A stretch of DNA of 64,000 nt, taken from contig CAVVPN010000011.1 in assembly GCA_963750165.1 (NCBI GenBank), positions 2,284,270-2,348,269 on the forward strand, read 5' to 3'. The notes under the pieces were generated by a model. That model was not told the DNA's origin. It did not search any database and saw nothing but the letters and a program-made list of their open reading frames with translations. Made by a program: the position numbers and the translations under genes. Source of the DNA: an uncultured Gemmataceae bacterium. GTDB taxonomy: Bacteria; Planctomycetota; Planctomycetia; Gemmatales; Gemmataceae. Positions 50,517 through 61,900 of the stretch are shown here, piece by piece (position 1 is the stretch's first letter; each line of letters begins with the position of its first letter).

Positions 50517-51911
50517 TCAGTCTGCCGCCGTCGCCCGCGTGACCGCGGCCACCAGTTCCCCCTCCTGGGCCGGGAAAACGGTGCGCACGTCCAGCACCAG
50601 CTTACCGCCGCGCAGTCGGGCCATCACCGCCGGGCTGCCCGTCCGCAGTCGATACGCCAGGGCCTCGTCGCTCAGCGCCGCCAGCCGGATTTCCACAACC
50701 CACGTCCTGAGCGTCCGATCCGGCAGCGAACCGCCGCCGACGTAAGCGACATCCTCGGCCACCGTCACCGTCGCCATCCCCGGCAGCGGCCGCAGCTGTT
50801 CCGCCAGTGCCTCCGCCCGCCGCCGCAGTGCTTCCGGGTCGATGCCCAGCAACCACAGCACCGGCACCTCGCGCAGCGCCTGCGCCTCGTTGAGGTAGAG
50901 TCGCAGTGTCGCTTCCAGGGCGGCCAGCGTCATCTTGTCGAGGCGGAAGGCCCGCATGAGCGGATCGCGTTCGATCTTCTGAATCCACTCCTTGCGGCCG
51001 ACCAACAGTCCCGCCTGCGGCCCACCGAGCAGTTTGTCGCCGCTGAACAGCACCAGGTCCGCGCCCGCCGCGACGCTGTGCCGCACCACCGGCTCGCCCG
51101 GCAGTCCGAAGCGCGCGAAGTCCAGCAGCGCCCCGCTGCCCACGTCGTCGATCACCGGCACCTTGTGCTTGCGGCCCAGCGCCACCAGGTCCGCGACCGG
51201 CACCGACTTCGTGAAGCCGGTGATGCGGTAGTTGCTGGTGTGGACCGACAGCAGCGCCGCGGTGCTCGGTCCGATGGCGCGCTCGTAGTCTGCCAGGCGC
51301 GTGATGTTGGTGGTGCCGACCTCGCGCAGCGTCGCGCCGCTGACAGCCATGATTTCCGGGATACGAAAGCTGCCGCCGATCTCGATCAGCTGGCCGCGCG
51401 AGACGACCACCTCGCGGCCCTGGCACAGCGCCCGTAGCGCGATGACCGTGGCCGCCGCGTTGTTGTTGACAGCGGTCGCCGACTCAGCGCCGGTCAGGCG
51501 GCAGAGCCATTCGCGTACCGCCACCTGCCGCGACGAGCGCTTGCCGGTTTCCAGGTCGAGTTCCAGGTTGAGGTAGCCGTGCGCCGCCGCGAACGCCGCC
51601 TGGGCCGCCGCCTCGGCCATCGGGGCGCGGCCCAGGTTCGTGTGCAGGACGATGCCGGTCGCGTTGATGACTTCGCGCAACTTCGGCCGCACCGACTGCC
51701 GCAACCGCTCGACCGCTCGCCGCGCCAGCGCCTCCGGCGCGACCACACCATCCGCCGAGTCGCCGCGCCCCAACCGCTGTCGCAACTCCGCGAGTTCGGC
51801 ACGCACCGCGGAGACGATTTGCTCGTGGGCGAGGTCGGTGATCTCCTTGAGACAGGCGCACTGCAACACATCGTTGACAGCGGGGAGCTTGCGGAAGGGG
51901 TTGTCGCTCAT
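50517..51911 (-). CDS. selA: L-seryl-tRNA(Sec) selenium transferase
   Basis: VINATGIVLHTNLGRA, NNNAAA, EIGGSFRIP, FSGDKLLGGPQAG. Confidence 0.96.
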   Translation of the reverse strand: MSDNPFRKLPAVNDVLQCACLKEITDLAHEQIVSAVRAELAELRQRLGRGDSADGVVAPEALARRAVERLRQSVRPKLREVINATGIVLHTNLGRAPMAEAAAQAAFAAAHGYLNLELDLETGKRSSRQVAVREWLCRLTGAESATAVNNNAAATVIALRALCQGREVVVSRGQLIEIGGSFRIPEIMAVSGATLREVGTTNITRLADYERAIGPSTAALLSVHTSNYRITGFTKSVPVADLVALGRKHKVPVIDDVGSGALLDFARFGLPGEPVVRHSVAAGADLVLFSGDKLLGGPQAGLLVGRKEWIQKIERDPLMRAFRLDKMTLAALEATLRLYLNEAQALREVPVLWLLGIDPEALRRRAEALAEQLRPLPGMATVTVAEDVAYVGGGSLPDRTLRTWVVEIRLAALSDEALAYRLRTGSPAVMARLRGGKLVLDVRTVFPAQEGELVAAVTRATAAD

Positions 51912-52025
51912 AAAATCACACACCTGAACGCAAACGGAACTTTACCCGTCAGCATATCGGTCCGGCAGACTGCCAGCTATTTGCCCATGGGGCCGGTTGG
52001 ATTGGCTGGCGGGGATGGATAAGCC

Positions 52026-52691
52026 ATGTCAAACCCAAACGATGTAGATCCTGGGCGTGAATCAGGAACAGGGCGCGAGGAATTACCCCCCGTGGAACTC
52101 GGGGTGCTGCGCGCCTGCCTGGAAGTGATCGAACACAATCAGGAATTATTGCCTTTACTGGCAGAGGCTCTGGGAGTGCCCGAAACCGAAGTCTTTTACA
52201 CTTGGGCGTTCCGCCGGTGCCGGCAATGCATCCACTTCGGGGATACGGATTGGGTGACTTTCTTTCACGGGCTGGAATGTGACCTGAGAAACGAGCGCGA
52301 CGGATGTTTTCTGCGGATCGATTTCGGGCCGGGAGGGCGTGTGGACACCTTCAGTTCCTGGGGCGTGCTCCAGTACATCATGACCGCAACTGCCCCCTGG
52401 ACGGACTATCAGTGGCTGCGGCCGCACCTGGCCAAAGGCGGCCCTCCATATGATCGGCTTTCGGGTGATTTTTTGAAGATGGCTGACGTCTGGGATGCTC
52501 TGGAAGCTCGGGGGGTGTTTGCACCGGCAGAGCCGGCCTTGGTGCGATTGACTGAGCAACATACAGCCATCGGGGAAGACGGCATTCGCTGCGTCCGTTA
52601 TCCCCCTGGTACTTCAGACAGAACCGTGATTGATTGCATGGTCGCGGGCAGGACACGCCTTACCCCAGTCGGTTACTCTCTGCTTGAGTAG
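52026..52691 (+). CDS. Hypothetical protein (lower GC)
   Basis: FFHGLEC...IDFGPGGRVDTF; lower GC than flanks. Confidence 0.6.
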   Translation: MSNPNDVDPGRESGTGREELPPVELGVLRACLEVIEHNQELLPLLAEALGVPETEVFYTWAFRRCRQCIHFGDTDWVTFFHGLECDLRNERDGCFLRIDFGPGGRVDTFSSWGVLQYIMTATAPWTDYQWLRPHLAKGGPPYDRLSGDFLKMADVWDALEARGVFAPAEPALVRLTEQHTAIGEDGIRCVRYPPGTSDRTVIDCMVAGRTRLTPVGYSLLE

Positions 52692-52762
52692 GCTGCTGGC
52701 CTGTGCAAAAGAGCATGGGCGGAGGATCCTGGCCCTCCGCCCATGCTCTTTTCGAGAAAGTC

Positions 52763-54844
52763 TCACTTCTTCGCCGGCCGCACGAAGCGGTACACGCCCT
52801 GCCCGTTGGCCGAGTACGTCAAGTAATACACGTCGCCCTGCTCGTCCTCGCCGAACGACATGATCGGCAAGTTACGGTCGCGGATCGGCCGGTTCGCTAC
52901 GACACGCCCCTTGCCCTCGTCGTACCACAGCGCCCAGATTTTCCCGGTCACATAATCCGCATACAGGTACGCCCCCTCCAACTCCGGCAGCCGCTTACCG
53001 CGGTAGACGGTGCCGCCGGTGATCGATTTGCCGGTGTCGTGGTGGTACTCCCAGATTGGGTCGATCAGGTCCGCGCGCACGTCCACGCCATCGCGGCCGA
53101 ACGGATGCAGGCCCTCGCGCAATTTCCAGCCGTAGTTGCCGCCCTTCTTGATGAGGTTGATTTCCTCGTACAGATTCTGGCCCACGTCCGCGGCCCACAG
53201 CTGGCCCGTCTTGCGGTCGAAGGCCATCCGCCAGACGTTGCGCAGACCATAGGCCCACGTCTCCGGCACCAGCCCTTCCTTGCCCACGAACGGGTTGTCC
53301 GCCGGCACCGCGTACGGCTTGTCGCCATCCTTGCGGTTCACGTCAATGCGGTGAATCTTGCCGAGCATCGACTTCAGGTTCTGCCCGTTGTTTTGCGGGT
53401 CGTCCGCGGCGCCGCCGTCGCCCAGCGTCAGGTACAGGTAGCCGTCCGGCCCGAAGCAGATGGTGCCGCCGTCGTGGTTCCAGAAAGGCCGCTTGATGCG
53501 CATCAGGACTTCCTCGGAAGCCGGGTCCGCCTTGTTCGGGTCGTCCTTGCTGACGCGGAAGCGCACCAGCACGTTCGTCGTCTTGTCTTTTTTGAGGGTG
53601 TAAAAGGCGTAAAATTCGCCGTTCTTCTTGTAACTCGGGTGGAACGCCAGGCCGAGCAGGCCCTGCTCGTTCTCGTTGTCGCGGTAAAAGACTTTCTCGT
53701 GAATGTCGAGAAAAATCTGCGTCTTTTCCGCCTTCTGGTCGTTGGGGAAAACGTGAATGACGCCGTGCTGCGTGGCGACGAAGACGCGGTTGCTGCCGTC
53801 GCCGGCGTGCGTCAGCACCAGCGGCCGCAGCGGGTTCAGCTTGCCCGCGTCTGTGGTGCCCTGCCAACCGGTCCACTTCAGCTTGGGGAACGCGACCTCG
53901 CTCTCCAGTGACAGCGGGGTGTCATTGACCTCGGCGCCGGGGACGGTCGTGGGCAGGGCGGTAAGCGTGCCCTTGAAGGGGTCGGTCACCAACAAATGTT
54001 TCGCGTCCGGCGCCAGGCAGATCCCTCTGGGGTCCCCAAAACCCTTCGTCAGTAGCACCGCCTTCTGGCCCGGGCGGCCGATGACGAACACGGACCCCTT
54101 GCCGGTCCCCGGTTGCTCGTGGGGGCTGACGATGTACAGCCGGCCGAAACGGTCCCACGCCAGGCCCGCCGCGCTCCCAAACCCGTCCGCGACCTTCTGC
54201 GCGCTGCCGTCCTGGATACGGACGCGGTGCAGCTCCCCCGTCATGGCGTCGGTGACAAGGAGGTGTCCGATGCCGTCCATCACCAGGCTGTGCGGTTGCT
54301 TGAGTCCGGGGAAGCGCCTGGCATCGGTGACGGTCGTGACGGTGGGCGGCTTGGGCTTGCCCTTGCCGAAAAACGGCGGCGGCGCGATGCGGTAGATGGC
54401 GGCGGTCCCCTCGCCCTTGAGGTCGCCGGCGTCCACGACGTAGAGCGCTCCCCGTTCGTCCACCGCCAGGCCGGCCAGGGTCTTCGGCGGGTTGGGGAAG
54501 CGCTCCGCGGCGGCGTAGACTTCCACCTTGCCCTGGCGGTTCACGCGCACGATCCCGCGGGCCTCGGCGAGGTACAGCCACTGTTGCCAGGCCACCAGGC
54601 CGCGCGGGTTGGTGAGGTCGGCCGCGAACGGTTCCGCCTTGCCGTCCTTGAGCACCAGCAGCTTGCTGCCGGTGCCGTCCTTCTTGCCGCCGCGCACGGT
54701 CAGATACACCTTGCCGTCCGTGCCGACCGCGATCGCGAAGGCGTTGTCCACCCCCTTAACCGTGGGCGGCGGCAATGGCACCTGGGCCGCGACCGGCGAC
54801 ACCGCCACCAGCCACACCGCCACCATCCAGACAGCGCGATCCAT
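52763..54844 (-). CDS. Beta-propeller + PQQ-dependent glucose/sorbosone dehydrogenase family protein
   Basis: GLLGLAFHP, NHDGG, GDGG, AYGLRNVWR, GGNYGW; signal peptide. Confidence 0.88.
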   Translation of the reverse strand: MDRAVWMVAVWLVAVSPVAAQVPLPPPTVKGVDNAFAIAVGTDGKVYLTVRGGKKDGTGSKLLVLKDGKAEPFAADLTNPRGLVAWQQWLYLAEARGIVRVNRQGKVEVYAAAERFPNPPKTLAGLAVDERGALYVVDAGDLKGEGTAAIYRIAPPPFFGKGKPKPPTVTTVTDARRFPGLKQPHSLVMDGIGHLLVTDAMTGELHRVRIQDGSAQKVADGFGSAAGLAWDRFGRLYIVSPHEQPGTGKGSVFVIGRPGQKAVLLTKGFGDPRGICLAPDAKHLLVTDPFKGTLTALPTTVPGAEVNDTPLSLESEVAFPKLKWTGWQGTTDAGKLNPLRPLVLTHAGDGSNRVFVATQHGVIHVFPNDQKAEKTQIFLDIHEKVFYRDNENEQGLLGLAFHPSYKKNGEFYAFYTLKKDKTTNVLVRFRVSKDDPNKADPASEEVLMRIKRPFWNHDGGTICFGPDGYLYLTLGDGGAADDPQNNGQNLKSMLGKIHRIDVNRKDGDKPYAVPADNPFVGKEGLVPETWAYGLRNVWRMAFDRKTGQLWAADVGQNLYEEINLIKKGGNYGWKLREGLHPFGRDGVDVRADLIDPIWEYHHDTGKSITGGTVYRGKRLPELEGAYLYADYVTGKIWALWYDEGKGRVVANRPIRDRNLPIMSFGEDEQGDVYYLTYSANGQGVYRFVRPAKK

Positions 54845-54900
54845 GACCACCACTCCTCGGGTTGAGTTCGTCCGCAACGCCGACACTCGGCCGATGGATT

Positions 54901-55779
54901 TTATGGACGTGTCGATTTCTTTTCGAGTGCCGGCAGCGGCAGCGCCGTCAGCGTGCCCGCCAGGGGGTCCGCCACCAGCAACCGCTTGCCCGCCGCGTCC
55001 AGCCAGAGGCCCGTCGGCGCCTGCATGCCCTTCGCCAGCACCGTCGCCTTCTGCCCCGGCCCGGCGATCAGCAACACGCGCCCCTCCTTGGCGGTGAAGC
55101 TGGCCGGGGCGCTGACGTACAGCCGCCCGTGCTGGTCGCGCGCCAGGCAGCCGAGTTCGCCCAGGCCGTCCGCCACCTTCGTGACGTTGCCGTCTGTCAG
55201 CCGCACACGCGACACCGCGCCCGCCAGCCGATCCGATACCAGCAGGCCGCCGGCGCCGTCCAGCGTGACGCCCCACGGACAGCGCAGTCCCGGGAAGCGC
55301 TTGTCGTCGGTGACCGCGGTGATTTTGCCCTGCTGCGGGATGCGATACAGGGCCGCTTCGTCGCCCTCGAAGGTGCCGGCGTCCGCGGCGTACAACGTGC
55401 CCTGCGCGTCCACCGTCAGAGACATCAGGTGCTTCGGCAGCACCGGAAAGCGTGCGTTCGCCGCGAACACCTCCACCTTGCCCTTGCGGTCGATGCGCAG
55501 GATGCCGCGCTCCTCGGCGACGAACAACCAGTCCTTCCAGGCCACCAGGCCGCGCGGGTCGTCCAGGTCGCGGACGAACGGCACCAGTTTGCCGTCCTTG
55601 AGGATGAGGATTTTCCCGGTGTCCTCGTGCTCCGCGACGGAGAGGTAGACGGTGCCGTCGGCGGCGACCGTGACGAAGCGGAGGTTTTTCAGGCCCGCGA
55701 CCAACGGCTTCGGGGGAGCCTGGGCCACAGCGGTCGGGGCGATGGTCAGGCACAGCAGCAGACAGGCGATGCGAATCAT
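54901..55779 (-). CDS. SMP-30/NHL-like beta-propeller protein
   Basis: Signal peptide; paralogous to the N-terminal domain of the downstream gene (PRGLVAW..WL). Confidence 0.8.
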   Translation of the reverse strand: MIRIACLLLCLTIAPTAVAQAPPKPLVAGLKNLRFVTVAADGTVYLSVAEHEDTGKILILKDGKLVPFVRDLDDPRGLVAWKDWLFVAEERGILRIDRKGKVEVFAANARFPVLPKHLMSLTVDAQGTLYAADAGTFEGDEAALYRIPQQGKITAVTDDKRFPGLRCPWGVTLDGAGGLLVSDRLAGAVSRVRLTDGNVTKVADGLGELGCLARDQHGRLYVSAPASFTAKEGRVLLIAGPGQKATVLAKGMQAPTGLWLDAAGKRLLVADPLAGTLTALPLPALEKKSTRP

Positions 55780-55805
55780 GATGGGGAACCTTGGGGTTTC
55801 TTCTA

Positions 55806-55866
55806 CGTGGGGCAGACATTCCTGTCTGCCATTTGAGCTACGGCAGACAGGAATGTCTGCCCCACG
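55806..55866. repeat. REP-like palindrome (GTGGGGCAGACATTCCT family)
   Basis: Same family as 12753-12815. Confidence 0.85.
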
Positions 55867-55875
55867 GAATTCAGG

Positions 55876-57792
55876 TCACGCCGGCGCCAGCGTGCGCAGG
55901 TCACCGTCGCGGTGCGTCACGCCGGCGCGGTCCAGGTACTCGCACAGCGGCACCGCGAACTTGCGCGTCGTGCCCAGCAAATCACGAATCTCGGCGACCG
56001 TGGCCGCCGGGCCGCCCACCAGCTTCTCGCGCACGCGCCGCCGCATCTCCGCCTCCGCCTCGGCGAACAGATACAGGTCATCGACAATATGAACCAGGTA
56101 GCCCTCGGCGACGCACACGTCGAACAGGTCTTTCAAGTTGGCAGCGTTGCCGCCCGCGGCCCCGGCGAAGCTGGACGCCTCCGGCGGTTGAAACCCCGCG
56201 TCCTTGTAAGCGGCGATCACCTTGTCCTTCAACTTCCGCAGGTTGGCGCTGAGCTTCGGCTTGTGGTCCGCCCGGGCGACGCGACGCAAATCGCCCACCA
56301 GCCGCCGCTGTTGCAGTAATCGATCCACCGCCGCGTGGACCAGTGCCTCGTCGCCGAGGTAGTCGAGCTGCGACTGCACCTTCTGCCGGTCGTGCGCCGT
56401 CATCAACGGAAACTCCGCGTGCAGCCGGGCCAGCACTTGCATGATGCGCTCATCCAGTTCCCGGAGCAGGTCCGCGTGCAGCAGCCGGCGGCGGCCGGCG
56501 CTGACGACGATCTCCGCCAGGTCGCCGCGCACTTTCAGGCGCTGGATGAGGTCGTCCGCCGCATCCGGCGCGACGTTGGCGCCGCGCACCAGGTCCGCCG
56601 CGGTGAAGCCGCCGAAGCTGCCGAACCACGCCACCGTCAGCGCCCGCTGCTCCGCGTCGCCGCCCCACAGTTGTTCCACGCGCTCCAGGATTTCCAGGTG
56701 GCGGCGGCGGATTTTCCGCGCCACCGGCTGCAGCACCTGGCCGCCGCCCAGCGTCTGCGTCGCCGACGAGCCGCGCACCACGAACGGCTGGCCCCACGTC
56801 GCCGTCACCGGCTCCTCCAGGAACAGCTGCGCCAGCGCCCAGTCGCCCGGCTTGACCGCGTCGCAGTCCAGCAGTGCCACCGTGCCCATGACCTCCGCGG
56901 TGCCCAGGTGGACGCGCACCGGGGTGCGGTGCCGCAGCGGTTTCTTCAGGTCCGCCAGCGTGTGCAGCCGTACCGTCAACACGCGCGACGGCAGCAGATA
57001 GCCCGGCGTCGCCAGCTCCTGACCGCGGACCACGTCCTCGTGGCGGACGCCCGCCAGGTTGATGGCAGCGCGCATGCCGCGGTGGACCTCCTCGACGGGC
57101 TGGTCGTGGTTCTGCAGCGAGCGCACGCGCACGCGCTCGTTGCGCGGCAGCCAATCGACCTCGTCGCCGACGCGCAAACTGCCCGCGGTCACCGATCCGG
57201 TCACGACGGTGCCGTGGCCCTGCACCACGAACGCCCGGTCAATGGCCATGCGGAACCACTCCTGTCCGGAGCGCTGCTCCACCTGGCCGCACGCCGCGGC
57301 GATGGTCGATTTCAGCTCCGCGATGCCGACGCCGGAGTGGGCGGAGGTCGGCACCAGCGGCGCCGCATCCAGGAACGAGCCGCGCACCAGTTCGCGGATT
57401 TCCAGCTCGACCACCTCGCGCGTGGTGGCGTCCACCAGATCGCACTTGGTCAGGGCGATGACGCCGTGGCGCAGGCCGAGCAGCCGCAGGATTTCCAGGT
57501 GCTCGCGCGTCTGCGGCATCACGGAATCGTCGGCGGCGACGACCAGCAGGGCCAGGTCGATGCCGGTGGCGCCGGCGAGCATGTTCTTGATGAAGCGCTC
57601 GTGGCCGGGCACGTCCACGATGCCGAGGCGGTGGTCGCCCAGGTCGAGCGTGGCGAAACCGATGTCGATGGTGATGCCGCGGGCCTTTTCTTCCGGCAGC
57701 CGGTCGCAGTCGGTGCCGGTGAGGGCCTTGACCAGTGAGGTTTTGCCGTGGTCGATGTGGCCGGCGGTGCCGAGGATCAAATCGCGAGACAT
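55876..57792 (-). CDS. selB: Selenocysteine-specific elongation factor
   Basis: [26 protein letters not shown]-terminal winged helix [12 protein letters not shown]. Confidence 0.96.
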   Translation of the reverse strand: MSRDLILGTAGHIDHGKTSLVKALTGTDCDRLPEEKARGITIDIGFATLDLGDHRLGIVDVPGHERFIKNMLAGATGIDLALLVVAADDSVMPQTREHLEILRLLGLRHGVIALTKCDLVDATTREVVELEIRELVRGSFLDAAPLVPTSAHSGVGIAELKSTIAAACGQVEQRSGQEWFRMAIDRAFVVQGHGTVVTGSVTAGSLRVGDEVDWLPRNERVRVRSLQNHDQPVEEVHRGMRAAINLAGVRHEDVVRGQELATPGYLLPSRVLTVRLHTLADLKKPLRHRTPVRVHLGTAEVMGTVALLDCDAVKPGDWALAQLFLEEPVTATWGQPFVVRGSSATQTLGGGQVLQPVARKIRRRHLEILERVEQLWGGDAEQRALTVAWFGSFGGFTAADLVRGANVAPDAADDLIQRLKVRGDLAEIVVSAGRRRLLHADLLRELDERIMQVLARLHAEFPLMTAHDRQKVQSQLDYLGDEALVHAAVDRLLQQRRLVGDLRRVARADHKPKLSANLRKLKDKVIAAYKDAGFQPPEASSFAGAAGGNAANLKDLFDVCVAEGYLVHIVDDLYLFAEAEAEMRRRVREKLVGGPAATVAEIRDLLGTTRKFAVPLCEYLDRAGVTHRDGDLRTLAPA

Positions 57793-58294
57793 GGCGTCGT
57801 CCGTGCGGGGAGGTTGCGGGTTCCCCCTGATTATACTCCGCACGGCCAGGAATGAGGCATCGTTGAGCGGTTAGCGCGGTTCGCAGTGGTGTGGACCAGG
57901 AACGGCAGGCCAGTGCTCCCGAACCATCCTGCAAACTGCGCGAGCCGCTCCCAGGCTCGAATCTCGACGTGTGAAAAAGTTGGCCCCCTTGGCCCCCTTG
58001 GCCCCCTTGCTGTGGCAGCGCAGGCCGCTGGAGGTCAGCCCGTGCCCGCCGTCACTTGTGCGCAAACCGTGCGTGAACCGCTCGAGAGCGCGTTGCAGGG
58101 GGGTGTAGCACCCGGGGTCAGTTTGCCACTTTGCCAATGTTCACCTATCCCATGTCCCGGCCTGGCAACCCCGGGCACCGCCTCCCCCGCCGCACCCGAC
58201 TGCAAATCGCTCCAGCATCCGCCCAGCGGCGCGCAGGCCCGATTACCCTCGTTATTATCTGGTTCTGCCGGTTGTGGTCGTTATACTTGGTGGC

Positions 58295-58840
58295 ATGTCC
58301 GAGGTCACCCACCTCCTTGCCGCCGCTGCGGCCGGCGACCGCCGGGCTGCGGCCGATCTCTTGCCGCTTGTGTACGACGAGCTGCGCAAGCTCGCCGCCG
58401 CGCGCCTGGCCGCCGAGACTCCCGGCCACACCCTCGACGCGACGGCACTCGTCCACGAGGCCTATCTGCGGCTAGCCGGCGACCAGCACTTTGACGGCCG
58501 CGGCCACTTCTTCGCCGCCGCCGCCGAGGCCATGAGAAGAATCCTCGTCGATCACGCCCGCGGCCGCAAGACCGCCAAACGTGGGGCTGGCCGGCGGGCG
58601 ACGGTCGATCTGGACCGCCTTTCCGGGACCGACCCCGACGAGGACATCCTCGCGGTCCACGACGCCCTCGAGCGCCTGGCCGCGGTCGAGCCGAACGTGG
58701 CTCAACTCGTGACCCTGCGCTACTTCGGCGGCCTCACCATCCCCGAGGCAGCCGAGGCGCTGGGCGTTGCCCCGCGAACCGCCGACGCCTGGTGGGCGTA
58801 CGCGCGGGCCTGGCTGGCGGCCGACCTGTCCCGCGATTGA
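58295..58840 (+). CDS. ECF sigma factor, TIGR02999-type
   Basis: LLPLVYDELRKLA, TALVHEAYLRL, AMRRILVDHAR, LRYFGGL, WAYARAWL. Confidence 0.92.
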   Translation: MSEVTHLLAAAAAGDRRAAADLLPLVYDELRKLAAARLAAETPGHTLDATALVHEAYLRLAGDQHFDGRGHFFAAAAEAMRRILVDHARGRKTAKRGAGRRATVDLDRLSGTDPDEDILAVHDALERLAAVEPNVAQLVTLRYFGGLTIPEAAEALGVAPRTADAWWAYARAWLAADLSRD

Positions 58841-58920
58841 AAATCATTTTCGACATGCACTGCGCGATTCGGCGGCCGATTCCGCATTTTTTGACGAACC
58901 ACCCTGTTCTGGAGTGTGCC

Positions 58921-61900
58921 ATGAACGAACTCGACCTCTTCACCCAGGCCCTGGCCCACACCGACCCGGCCAAGCGCGCCGCGTTCCTCGACCAGGCGTG
59001 TGCCGGCAACCCGGACCTGCGCCGCCGACTGGACGAACTCCTGGCCGGCCACGCCCGGGCGGACAGCCCGCTCGACCAGCCGCCCGCCGCCGGGGCCACC
59101 GCCGCCCTGCCGCCCGCCCCGGACGCGGCCACCGGCGCCTTCGGCGCCACGCCGCCCGCCGACCGGCAAACCGCGCCCGCTGTCGCACTGGGCACGGTCC
59201 TCGCCGGCCGCTACACCCTCGTGCAAAAGCTCGGCGAGGGGGGCATGGGTGAGGTCTGGGTCGCCAGCCAGGCCGAGCCGGTCCGGCGGCAGGTGGCGCT
59301 CAAGGTCATCAAGACGGGCAAGGACTCGAAGGCGGTGCTGGCGCGCTTCGAGCAGGAGCGGCAGGCGCTGGCGCTGATGGACCACCCCAACATCGCCCGC
59401 GTCTACGACGGCGGCAGCACCGCGGCCGGCCAGCCGTTCTTCGTCATGGAGCTGGTCAACGGCCTGCCGCTGACGCACTTCTGCGACGAGGCCCGCCTGA
59501 CCCCCCGGCAGCGCCTGGAGTTGTTCTTGCCCATCTGCCAGGCCGTCCAGCACGCCCATCAGAAGGGCATCATCCACCGCGACCTGAAGCCCGCCAACAT
59601 CCTCGTCACCCTCATCGACGGCAAGCCGGTGCCGAAGGTGATCGACTTCGGCATCGCCAAGGCCACCGCCGGCAAGCTCACCGACGAATCGCTGTCCACG
59701 CAGTTCGGCGCCGTCCTCGGCACCTTCGAGTACATGGCGCCGGAGCAGGCCGGTTTTTCCGGCGAGGACATCGACACGCGGGCCGACCTCTACTCGCTGG
59801 GCGTCATCCTCTACGAACTGCTCACGGGCCTGCGGCCCCTCGACGCCCAGCGCCTGAAGAAGGCGGGTCTGGCGGAGATGGTCCGCGTCATCCGCGAGGA
59901 GGAGCCGTCCAGGCCCAGCACGCGGCTGTCCACCGATGCGTCCTTGCCGGCGCTGGCGGCGCTGCGGCAGACGGAGCCGAAGAAGCTGGCGGCGCTGCTG
60001 CGCGGCGAGCTGGACTGGGTGGTGATGAAGTGCCTGGAGAAGCAGCGCGACCGCCGCTACGAGACGGCCAACGCCCTGGCCCGCGACGTGCAGCGCTACC
60101 TGGCCGACGAGCCGGTGGAGGCGCGGCCGCCGAGCGCGGGCTACCGCCTGGGCAAGTTCCTCAAGCGCCACCGGGGGCCGGTGCTCGCGGCGAGCCTGGT
60201 GCTGGTGGCGCTGCTGGCGGGGATCCTGGGGACCACCTGGGGCCTGGTCGAGGCCCGGCGGCAGGAGTACGAAGCCAAACGCCAGGAGCAACTCGCCCGC
60301 GACGAGGCGGCCGCGAAGGAACAGGCCCGGGCGGCCGAGGCCGTGCACCGGGCCGTCGCCGAAGCGCAAACCAGGAAAGCACTGCAGGCCGCCGCGGCGG
60401 AGAAGGCCGCCAACGACCAGGCCCAGAAGCGGCTGCAGCAGATCGAGAAAGCCAACGACCTCCTCGGCTCGATCTTCCAGAACCTGGATCCGAAGGAGAT
60501 CGCCCGCACGGACCGGCCGTTGCAAGCCATCCTGGTCGCGCAGCTGGACCGGGCGGTCGAGCAGCTGGAGGGGGAGGCGGTGGGCGACCCCGTGGTCGTG
60601 GCGACCCTGCAGGACCGCTTCGGCCGCTCGCTGCTGGCCCTAGGGGCGCCGGGCAAGGCGGTCGTGCTGCTGGAGAAGGCCCGCGCCACGCGCCAGGCCC
60701 GGCTCGGCCCGGACGACCCCGGCACGCTCAGCACCATGAACAACCTCGCCGCGGCGTACCTGGAGGCCGGGGACCAGGGCCGGGCCCTGGATCTCTTCGA
60801 AGAAACGCTGCGGCGCTCGCGAGCCCGGCTCGGCCCCGAGCACAACGACACGCTCAGCACCATGATTAACCTCGGCTGTGCGTATACTGAGGCCGGCAAA
60901 CTGGACCTGGCCCGGCCGCTCCTGGAGGAGGCGCTCGGGCTCGCGAAGGCCCGGCTCGGCCTCGACCACACCGACACGCTCAACGCCATGAACAACCTCG
61001 CCCGCGTGAATCTTGAGGCCGGCAAACTGGACCTGGCCGTGCCCCTCTACGAGGAGGCGCTGGGGCACTGCAAAGCCCGGTTCGGCCCGGACGAACCCGA
61101 CACGCTCAACGCCATGCACAACCTTGCCTCGGCGTATCAGCGAGCCGGAAAGCTGGACCTGGCCCAGCCCCTGTTCGAGGAAACGCTGCGGCGCCGCAAA
61201 GCGCGGCTCGGCCCCGACCACCCCAACACGCTCGCCACCATGAACGGCCTCGGCGTCGTCTACTGGCGGGGGAAGCAACTCGGCAAGTCCATCCCGCTGT
61301 TCGAGGAGACGCTGCGCCGCCAGGAGGCGAAACTCGGCCGCGGCCACGAGGACACGCAGTTGACCGTGGTGAACCTGGGCGTGAACTACCGGGACGCGGG
61401 TCGGTTCAAGGAAGCGCTCCCCCTGCTCGAGGAGGCCGTCCGGGCCGCGCAGAAGTACCCGAGCCTCCGGGGTGCCCGCGTGAGTCTGCTCAACGCCTAC
61501 GCGCAGGCGGGGGAGTACGCCCGGGCCGTTCCACTGGTCCGGGAGTACCTGCCTGAGGCCCGCAAGCAGATGCCCAAAGACAGTGCGCAGCTGGCCAACC
61601 TGCTCGCGATGGGCGGCGCGGGCCTGCTGGAACTGCGGCACTGGGACGAGGCCGAACCGCTCCTCCGCGAGTGCCTGGCCATCCGCACGAAGGCGCAGCC
61701 GGATACCTGGTTCGTCTTCAACACCCAGTCGCAGCTCGGTGGGGCGCTGCTGGGCCAGAAGAAATATGCCGACGCCGAACCGCTGCTGCTGGCCGGCTAC
61801 GCGGGCATGAAGCAGTGCGAGAAGACGATCCCGTCGCCGGCACTGATCCGACTCCCCGAGGCACTCGACCGGCTCATTGAGCTGTACACCGCGACGAACC

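Noticed and set aside
57800..58290. tRNA-Sec (selC) near selB
   Set aside because: No cloverleaf with a UCA anticodon and T-loop was found by eye; tRNAscan would settle this.
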